In this document: in pieces, positions 1 through 6,384 of the stretch
How positions within the stretch are numbered: position 1 is the first letter of the stretch
How the letters are laid out: every line of letters begins with the position of its first letter
NCBI GenBank assembly: GCA_036149055.1
Contig: JAYZQJ010000118.1
Coordinates: forward strand, 1-18,252
DNA from: Myxococcota bacterium
Lineage (GTDB): Bacteria > Myxococcota_A > Polyangia > Polyangiales > Sandaracinaceae
Length of the DNA stretch: 18,252 bases
Direction: 5' to 3'
The notes under the pieces: model-generated
Databases searched by the model: none
Seen by the model: only the letters and a program-made list of their open reading frames with translations
Told to the model about the DNA's origin: nothing
Position numbers and translations under genes: made by a program

Positions 1-58
1 TGTCGCCTTCCTCCACCGCCTGCATCATGGCGGCCATCGCTATCGCCAGCATCATCAT
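1..58 (-). CDS. Possible 5' end of a gene running off the left edge (MMMLAIAMAAMMQAVEEGD...), product unknown
   Basis: The minus strand has ATG-ATG-ATG at 58-50, open to position 2, with a GGAGG Shine-Dalgarno-like motif about 11 nt upstream (complement of cctcc at 70-74). Only 19 codons are visible. Confidence 0.4.
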   Translation of the reverse strand, partial: MMMLAIAMAAMMQAVEEGD

Positions 59-82
59 CCGCGCCCCTTCCTCCGAGGGGGC

Positions 83-121
83 TCAGATTTTCCGGAATGC
101 GACGGATCAGAGTTTCCGGAA
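83..121. promoter_or_regulatory. Pair of 15-bp direct repeats TCAGA(T/G)TTTCCGGAA, each containing the palindrome TTCCGGAA; candidate operator
   Basis: tcagattttccggaa (83-97) and tcagagtttccggaa (107-121) match at 14/15 positions with a 24-bp period. They are AT-richer than the background and lie just upstream of the putative left-edge gene. Confidence 0.4.
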
Positions 122-206
122 CCACCATGGGTGGTCATGGAGCCGGTTGGGATGGGCCAGGCCGAGTCCGGGGCTTGGTTGGGAGAGGCGGTGCCGGGCC
201 TCCACC

Positions 207-751
207 ACTACCTCGGAGGCCTTCGCGCAGGCGACCCGGTAGTCTGGAACTACGTCGGGGGCCTTCGCTCAGGCGACCCGGTAGTCTGGAACTACCTCGG
301 AGGCCTTCGCGCAGGCGACCCGGTAGTCTGGAACTACGTCGGGGGCCTTCGCGAAGGCGATCCGGTGGTCTGGAACTACCTCGGAGGCCTTCGCGCAGGC
401 GGTCCGGGTAGTTTGGAACTACCTCGAGGGCCTTCGCGCAGGCGGTCCGGGTAGTCTGGAACTACCTCGAGGGCCTTCGCGAAGGCGGTCCGGGTAGTCT
501 GGAACCCCGTCGGGGGCCTTCGCGCAGGCGGTCCGGGTAGTTTGCTCTCCTCCGAGGGCCTTCGCGCAGGCGGCCGGGTAGGCTGGAACTACCTCGGGGG
601 CCTTCGCGCAGGCGGTCCGGGTAGTTTGGTCTCCTCCGAGGGCCTTCGCGCAGGCGGTCCGGGTAGTTTGGTCTCCTCCGAAGGCCTTCGCGCAGGCGGT
701 CCGGGTAGTTTGCTCTCCTTCGAGGGCCTTCCCGAAGCCCGTTCTGGTAGT
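207..751. repeat. Tandem array of 13 palindromic 42/43-bp repeats, consensus ACTACCTCGGAGGCCTTCGCGCAGGCG(A/GT)CC(C/G)GGTAGTCTGGA
   Basis: The GCCTTC core starts at 219, 261, 303, 345, 387, 430, 473, 516, 558, 600, 642, 684 and 726 (periods 42x4, 43x3, 42x5). There are no unique spacers. Each unit has an inner GCCT-N6-AGGC stem, and most have ACTAC(C)/(G)GTAGT terminal inverted repeats. The last unit is degenerate. Confidence 0.95.
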
Positions 752-842
752 TCCCCTTGCTCGAGACGCGTTCGCCAGCGACCTCCGGGCTCGCGCCCCC
801 CGGGACAGGTCTCCGGTACCGGGGACGATCCACTCGAGCCCT

Positions 843-1130
843 CTTCCTCCCTTCCAACCTCCCTCGTTTCCCGCGAGCAGCGGCCAACGAGTCGGGGAGG
901 AAGGAGGTCCGTGGAGGCGGCAGCGCGGGCGACAGGTCAGGCGAGGGCGTGCGAGGCGGGTAGCCGCCGGCCAGTCACCATCTCGCCGCCGGGGCGCAGG
1001 CGTGTCGCGCAGCGACACACTCTCCTCGCCTCCCGCCTCCCGCTCTCCCCCAATTGCCCGCTTCCTCCCTTCCTACCTTCCTCGTTTCCCGCGAGTGAGT
1101 TTCCCGCGAGTGAGTAGGAGGGAGAAAAGG
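843..1130. repeat. Two copies of a 35-bp pyrimidine-rich element (843-877 and 1061-1095), each followed by a purine-rich tract, plus a 15-bp tandem duplication (1084-1113)
   Basis: cttcctcccttccAacctCcctcgtttcccgcgag versus cttcctcccttccTacctTcctcgtttcccgcgag (33/35 identical). gtttcccgcgagtga occurs at 1084-1098 and 1099-1113. Confidence 0.85.
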
Positions 1131-1139
1131 CGGGTTCCT

Positions 1140-1760
1140 CTATTCCTCTTCGGTGCCGGGCGGAGGCTCGAGGATCTCGTGCCCTCGGTACTCGAGCATG
1201 CCGTTCGAGACGTTGAAGCCGGCGCCGCTGACGCGGGTGAACTGGCCGGTCACCTTGACCTTGGCGCCCACCGCGAAGTCGGTCGGGATCGGGAGGATGC
1301 CGGACTCGGGGTCGGGCGGCTCGTAGCGGCCGCGCTCGGCGAGCTCCACCGCCTCGTCGATCTGCGTCTGGTTCTCGGCGTAGCCGGCGAGCATCAGCCG
1401 CTGCTCCTCGTCGCCGGGCTCGCGCACGTCGCTGATCCAGAGATGCGGCGCGGCCGCCGGATCACAGGTGCGACCCTCCGGGCACTCCGGGGGCGTGTAG
1501 ATGTCGACGATGTAGCCGGTGACCGCCACCTCGGTGCCCATCGTGGTCGCCGAGCGACGGCGCACGCCGTAGACGCTGTACGAGCTGTCCGCGTACTGCG
1601 TCTCGTGCGGCGGAGGCGGGAGCGTGGGGACCGAGGGCAGGCTCGGGTTGACGTCCGGCAGCCGCTCGATCGTCAGGTCGCTGGCCGCTTCCTGCCCGCA
1701 GGACGCGGCGGTCACGCCGGCGAGGAACAGGATACATGCGAGTTTCGCACCGATCTTCAT
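1140..1760 (-). CDS. Putative lipoprotein, 206 aa, beta-rich (possibly OB-fold-like), function unknown
   Basis: This is the real C-terminal part of the 1140..4367 track ORF. It starts at ATG 1760 with GAGGGAAG upstream. The N-terminus MKIGAKLACILFLAGVTAASC is a signal peptide with a lipobox Cys, followed by a Pro-rich linker, a CPEGRTC pair, and strong GC3 bias. Confidence 0.85.
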   Translation of the reverse strand: MKIGAKLACILFLAGVTAASCGQEAASDLTIERLPDVNPSLPSVPTLPPPPHETQYADSSYSVYGVRRRSATTMGTEVAVTGYIVDIYTPPECPEGRTCDPAAAPHLWISDVREPGDEEQRLMLAGYAENQTQIDEAVELAERGRYEPPDPESGILPIPTDFAVGAKVKVTGQFTRVSGAGFNVSNGMLEYRGHEILEPPPGTEEE

Positions 1761-1795
1761 GGGTGGCTTCCCTCTGTTCGAGTCGAACGCGGCGG

Positions 1796-1825
1796 ACCGT
1801 ACCACGCCTTCGCATCGGGATTGAA
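1796..1825 (-). promoter_or_regulatory. Candidate sigma70-type promoter for the lipoprotein gene
   Basis: The minus strand reads TTCAAT-N18-TACGGT, with TG at the extended -10 position (TGG-TACGGT), inside the 80-bp intergenic gap. Confidence 0.4.
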
Positions 1826-1840
1826 GCATCGAAAGCGGGG

Positions 1841-4288
1841 TCACTCGCCGCAGCGGGCGGGGCTGCGCTGGCGGCGCTCGAGGGCGGCCCGCACCTGGGC
1901 CGGGGCGTCGGGGCGCGAGGCCAGCCGGGTCGCCGTCTCGGCGAGCTCGCCGCCGAGCACCAGGGCGAGGTCGACGGCCACCGCGGCCACGTCGACGTCG
2001 GGCGCCCAGGCGTCGGGCTCGAGGCCGCGGCGGAGCACCGCGAGCACGCTCTCCTCGGCGCCCTCGACGCAGAGGGTGCGGACGTAGCGGAGCGCGGCCA
2101 CCGTCACCTGCGGCCACTCGTCGCCGTCGGCGAGGCGGGCGCGCACCAGCGGCCAGGCCTCCTCGTCGCCGGCTCGGGTCAGGCCGCGGATCGCGGTCGT
2201 GCGCACCCGCGGCGAGCGATCTCGGGCCGCGCGGCGCACCGCGTCCCGGCCGGCGGGCCGGCTCCACAGCGCCTCGACCGCCGCCTCGCGCACCATCGGC
2301 CACGAGTCGGCGCCGGCGAGCTCGATCAGGCGATCGTCGCCCTCGTCGAGCTGATCGAGGATGCGCACGGCCTGCACGCGGACGCGGGGATAGTCGTCTC
2401 CGAGCGCCGCCTGGGCCACGGCCAGCCGGTCGGGGGCCTCGCGCCGCTCCAGCGCCTGCACCGCGGCGGCCCGCAGCATCCACTCGTCGGCGTCCCGCGC
2501 GATCGAGGCGAGCCAGGCGTCGACCTCGGGCGCGCTCGGCAGATCGCGGGCGGCGCGCACCAGCCGCCACACGTCGGCGAACTCTTCGGCTCGGGCGGTC
2601 GCGGCCGCGACCCGGTCGCGGGCGAGGCTCCGCGACGGGCCGTAGTCGGCGAGGCCGAGCAGGGCGGAGGCGAGCGCCGCGATCGGCGGCTCGGCGTCGG
2701 CCCAGCTCTCGAACGCGCCGCGCGCCTCCCCGTCGCCGCGGGCGAGCGAGCGGGCCAGCCCCTCCCGGAGGGTCGGCCGGTCGCTGCCGCCGGGCGCCTC
2801 GATCGCGGCCAGCAGCGCGGGCACGACCTGGGCCGGGGGGTGACGCAGCAGCGGGCGGACCGCGTCGTCGCCGACCGGCGCCGGCTCGCGGATCAGCTCG
2901 CCGAGGTACTCGGCGGCGCGCGGGCCGAGCGTGCCGAGCGCCTCGAGCGCGCTCATTCGCACCGGCTCGGCCTCGTCGCGCCCCGCGGTGGCGAGCGCGT
3001 CGATCCCGGCCTCGATGTCGCGGCGCGCGCCGGTGGCGAAGACCCGGACCGCGCGGCGGCGGCCCTGCTCGTCGAGGCGCGGCCAGGCGGCGGCCACCAG
3101 CGCGAGCGCCTCCTCGCCGAGCCCGGAGAGCAGGCGGGTGGCCTCGTCGCCGCCCGAGCCGCCCTCGACCAGGATCGCCACCAGCCCCTCGAGCCCGCGG
3201 CCGAAGTCGAGCTCGGTGTAGGCCTCGAGCTCCGCGACCCCGGTGTGCACCGCCGCGTCCCGCACGCCCGCCGGCGCGTAGGCCTCGTCGAGCACGAGCG
3301 ACACGCAGCGCCAGTCGAGCGGGGAGGGTGGCACGATCCAGTAGCGCTCTCCCGGGTGGAGCCCGGCGTCCTCGGGCATCTGCACCCGGACCCGGCCGCT
3401 CTCGCCGACCAGCCAGAAGCGCCGCGGCCGGCCGAGCTGCGGGCCCGCCTCGCCGGTGGCGCTCGCGACGATGGCGAAGGCGTGGATCGGGAAGCGCGCC
3501 GTCCAGCGCAGGGTGGCCAGCTCGCCGGTGCCCGGGCCGCCGCGGCCCTCGGCCCAGAACGTGTCCATGCGGCCGTCGGTCAGCGCGCGCGGCGGGGCGA
3601 GCTGGGTGGCGTCGCCGTGCCCCGCGTGGCTCGAAGCGCCGGTCGGGCTCAGGGAGCGCAGGAGCGGCGGGCCGCTGGGGCCGGGGGACTCGCGGGTGGC
3701 GGTGACGGTGATGGCGTCGCTGGTGTCGCCGCGCACCCGGGCGAGCACCACCGGGCGCATGCGCCCCGAGCCCGGATCGTACGCGCGCGGCATCAGCAGC
3801 GTGTCGTCCTCGCCGCACAGGGTCGCGCCCTCGCGCCGGAGGCCGACCACCACGTCGGGGCGCCCGTCGCTCGTCCGGTCCTCGAGGGTGAGCACGTCGG
3901 CGGTGCGCTCGCCCGGGTCGCCGTGCAGATCGGTGCGCCCGGTCCAGACGATGCCCGGGCGGCGTCCGTCCATCGCCACCACCGCCGCGGCGCGGGCGTC
4001 CCCGAGCTCGGCCCGCACGATCGCGACCCGGTGCCCGGGCGCCACCTCGACCGACTCCACCGTCGCCGCGACCGTGGCCCCCTCGACCGCCGGGAGCGGG
4101 AGGCGCGCCTCGGCCCGACCGGCGCGCAGGGTCGGCCCCTCGCCCGAGTCCGCGAGCTCGAGCGCGACCGAGCGCGGCGGGGCGCCGACGTCGACCGAGC
4201 GCGGGAGCGGCGCCTGCGCGCGCGCGGCCCCGGGAGCCAGGGACAGCGCGGCGGCGAGGAGGAGCGAGGAGCGGCAGATGCGAGTCAC
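1841..4288 (-). CDS. Secreted protein (~815 aa): signal peptide, N-terminal beta region, discoidin/galactose-binding-like domain, C-terminal HEAT-like repeats
   Basis: The GTG start at 4288 overlaps the TGA of the ABC gene (GTGA). Signal peptide: (M)[25 protein letters not shown]. Other motifs: EDRTSDGRPDVVVG; discoidin-like ASSH...PPRALTDGRMDTFW...VAELEAY; HEAT-like units DEAEPVRMSALEALG, DDYPRVRVQAVRIL, DSWPMVREAAVEAL, DRSPRVRTTAIRGL, DEWPQVTVAALRYV. Confidence 0.85.
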   Translation of the reverse strand: MTRICRSSLLLAAALSLAPGAARAQAPLPRSVDVGAPPRSVALELADSGEGPTLRAGRAEARLPLPAVEGATVAATVESVEVAPGHRVAIVRAELGDARAAAVVAMDGRRPGIVWTGRTDLHGDPGERTADVLTLEDRTSDGRPDVVVGLRREGATLCGEDDTLLMPRAYDPGSGRMRPVVLARVRGDTSDAITVTATRESPGPSGPPLLRSLSPTGASSHAGHGDATQLAPPRALTDGRMDTFWAEGRGGPGTGELATLRWTARFPIHAFAIVASATGEAGPQLGRPRRFWLVGESGRVRVQMPEDAGLHPGERYWIVPPSPLDWRCVSLVLDEAYAPAGVRDAAVHTGVAELEAYTELDFGRGLEGLVAILVEGGSGGDEATRLLSGLGEEALALVAAAWPRLDEQGRRRAVRVFATGARRDIEAGIDALATAGRDEAEPVRMSALEALGTLGPRAAEYLGELIREPAPVGDDAVRPLLRHPPAQVVPALLAAIEAPGGSDRPTLREGLARSLARGDGEARGAFESWADAEPPIAALASALLGLADYGPSRSLARDRVAAATARAEEFADVWRLVRAARDLPSAPEVDAWLASIARDADEWMLRAAAVQALERREAPDRLAVAQAALGDDYPRVRVQAVRILDQLDEGDDRLIELAGADSWPMVREAAVEALWSRPAGRDAVRRAARDRSPRVRTTAIRGLTRAGDEEAWPLVRARLADGDEWPQVTVAALRYVRTLCVEGAEESVLAVLRRGLEPDAWAPDVDVAAVAVDLALVLGGELAETATRLASRPDAPAQVRAALERRQRSPARCGE

Positions 4289-6066
4289 GGTGTCCTGACG
4301 GTGGGGGGCGCGTCGGCGAAGAGCGCGCGGAAGCGGCCCGGAGTCTCCCACAGCTGGGCCGGAGCACCAGCCTCGACCACCCGGCCGCTCTCGATCACGA
4401 CCACGCGGTCGGCGCGCTGCACGGTGCTCAGGCGGTGGCTCACCACGACGACGGTGCGCTCGCCCATCAAGCGCTCGAGCGTCTCCGCGATGGCCCGCTC
4501 GCTGGGGCCGTCGAGCGAGCTCGTCGCCTCGTCGAAGACCAGGACCGGCGCGTCGCGATAGAGCGCCCGGGCGATGCAGATGCGCTGCCGCTCGCCCCCC
4601 GAGAGGCCCTTGCCGCCCTCGGCCAGGATGTGATCGAGCCCGCCGTCGAGCGCCCGCAGCAGGGGCGTGGCGCCGGCCATCTCGAGGCAGCGCTCGGCGC
4701 GCGCGCGGTCGGGCGCCTCCTCCGAGAGGGTGACGTTGGCGAGCACGGTGTCGCCGAAGAGCAGCGGCTCCTGGGTCACCCACGCGAACTGGGCCCGCCA
4801 GCTCGCCCGGGTCGTCTCCCGCGCGTCGAGCCCGTCGAGCCGCACCTCGCCCGCGTCCGCGTCGAGGATCCCCAGCAGGACGAGGAGCAGCGTCGTCTTG
4901 CCTTCGCCGCTCGGCCCGACGATGGCCAGCGACTCGCCCCGGCGGATGTCGAGGTCGACGCCGTCGAGGACCGGCCGCCCCTCGTGATAGGCGAAGCGCA
5001 CGCCCCGGAAGCTCAGCCCGGTCTCCATCGGCGGGACCTCGCGCGCGCCGGGAGGATCGGCCGGCTCGAGCTCGAGCGACAGCACCTCCTCGACCCGGTC
5101 GAGCGCGCCGAGCCCGCTGGCCACCCGCTGCACGGTGGCCCCGAGCCCCTGCACCGGCCGGTAGACGAAGAACATCGCCGCGAAGAACGAGACGAAGGTG
5201 GAGGCGTCGAGCGCGCCGCTCGCGATCCGCTCGGCGGCGACCCCGAGGGCGACCACGAGGGCCAGCGCGCCGGCGAGCTGCACCAGGGGGCCGGCGATCG
5301 CGGTCCAGCGCGTGGCGTCCAGGGAGAGCCGCTCGAGCGCGCGGGTCTGGGCCTCGAAGCCGCGGCGGGCCTGGGCCTCGGCGCCGTAGGCGCGGATCAC
5401 CGGCACCTTGTCGCCCAGCTCCGCCGCGTGGCTCGCGAGCTCCCCGTAGCGCTCCCAGACCGCGCGGTGGGCCCGCCGCACCTTCTTCGAGAGCCAGGCG
5501 ACCACGAGCGCGATCGGCGGCACCCCGGCGAGCGCGATCAGGGCGAGGGAGGTGTCGAGCGCGAACGCCAGCCCGGCGAGCGCGGCGAGCGTGACGAGGT
5601 CTCCGACCACCGCCGCGAGGTTGGAGGCGACGAGGTTCTGGACCTGGAGGGCGTCGCTCGAGAGCCGTGAGGCCAGCTCGCCCCGCCGCTGCGAGACGAG
5701 CACCCGCGGCGCCGCCCGCAGCAGGTGCTCGTACATGCGCTCACGCACCCGCCGCACCACGTCCTGGCCGAGCCGGGTGGTGAGCATTCGCTGTCCGTAG
5801 GCGGCCACTCCCCTGGCCACCGTGACGGCCAGCAGGGTGGCCGCCAGCCCGGCCACGAGGCCCCCCGGGAAGCCGCGCGCCGTCCGGAGCAGCGCGGCCG
5901 TGAATCCACTCTCGCTGGACGGGCCGCCGACCGCGATGAGCATCGGCCCGGCCAGGAGAGCGTACGCCGCGGTCGTCGCCGAGCCCGCGAGCATGCAGGC
6001 GAGCGTGCCCGCCGCGAGCCCCCATCGCGGGGCGATGATCCCCAGTATTCTCGACACGGTAGACAT
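4285..6066 (-). CDS. ABC exporter half-transporter (TMD+NBD), MsbA/ABCB-like, ~593 aa
   Basis: N-terminal transmembrane helices, Walker [11 protein letters not shown]-loop VTQEP, signature LSGGERQR, Walker B/D-loop [12 protein letters not shown]-loop SHRLSTV. The start at ATG 6066 (MSTVSRIL) is inferred. A TACTAT -10-like hexamer lies on the minus strand at 6131-6136. Confidence 0.93.
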   Translation of the reverse strand: MSTVSRILGIIAPRWGLAAGTLACMLAGSATTAAYALLAGPMLIAVGGPSSESGFTAALLRTARGFPGGLVAGLAATLLAVTVARGVAAYGQRMLTTRLGQDVVRRVRERMYEHLLRAAPRVLVSQRRGELASRLSSDALQVQNLVASNLAAVVGDLVTLAALAGLAFALDTSLALIALAGVPPIALVVAWLSKKVRRAHRAVWERYGELASHAAELGDKVPVIRAYGAEAQARRGFEAQTRALERLSLDATRWTAIAGPLVQLAGALALVVALGVAAERIASGALDASTFVSFFAAMFFVYRPVQGLGATVQRVASGLGALDRVEEVLSLELEPADPPGAREVPPMETGLSFRGVRFAYHEGRPVLDGVDLDIRRGESLAIVGPSGEGKTTLLLVLLGILDADAGEVRLDGLDARETTRASWRAQFAWVTQEPLLFGDTVLANVTLSEEAPDRARAERCLEMAGATPLLRALDGGLDHILAEGGKGLSGGERQRICIARALYRDAPVLVFDEATSSLDGPSERAIAETLERLMGERTVVVVSHRLSTVQRADRVVVIESGRVVEAGAPAQLWETPGRFRALFADAPPTVRTP

Positions 6067-6236
6067 CGATCCGAGACCGGCTCCAGGCGCGCGACGGGTC
6101 ACCGACCTTCCCGCGCCGGCCGGCGTCCTCATAGTAAGCCCATGGCGTCGGGCAAGCGGAGGCGGAGCGGAGCGCAGGAGGGGTCGGTTGACCCCGCCTC
6201 CCAAAGTGACGATCCGGTGACGGAGCGTTCACTCCG

Positions 6237-6252
6237 TGGCACGAGCCGTGCA
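6237..6252 (+). promoter_or_regulatory. Sigma54 (-24/-12) promoter upstream of the sigma factor gene
   Basis: TGGCACGAGCCGTGCA versus consensus TGGCACG-N4-TTGCW. GG (6238-39) and GC (6250-51) are exactly 10 nt apart, with one mismatch to consensus. Confidence 0.7.
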
Positions 6253-6384
6253 ATCCTCGGCGGCCGCTCGGGCACCTCGCGAATGGGGACCGGGCGTTCA
6301 ACCGCGCGTGGAACACGGGACCCCGGTCGGCCGTTGGTCGGCGCTGAAGGTGGCCCCGTGAGCGATGAGAGGAGATCGGATTCC

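Noticed and set aside
207..751. CRISPR array
   Set aside because: Units are head-to-tail with only a ~5-nt near-constant linker. There are no unique spacers and no cas genes in the window.
97..1117. Track ORFs across the repeat region (97..411, 419..1018, 462..887, 542..1117, 757..963)
   Set aside because: These are stop-free by-products of GC-rich repeats. They lack an RBS, use atypical codons, and shift frame at the 43-bp units.
1776..1788. tRNA fragment suggested by GTTCGACTC on the minus strand (and GTTCGAACCC near 13353)
   Set aside because: No T-stem pairing or cloverleaf can be built around either. The first is just a short GTTCGA-c-TCGAAC dyad.
1140..4367. 1075-aa ORF as a single protein
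   Set aside because: The N-terminal ~870 aa are Arg/Gly/Pro-rich off-frame translation over the HEAT gene. Only 1140-1760 looks like a real protein, with its own signal peptide and RBS.
4285..6066. Assigning the symbol msbA
   Set aside because: The family is clear but the substrate is not, and no lipid A genes such as lpxK or kdtA are adjacent.
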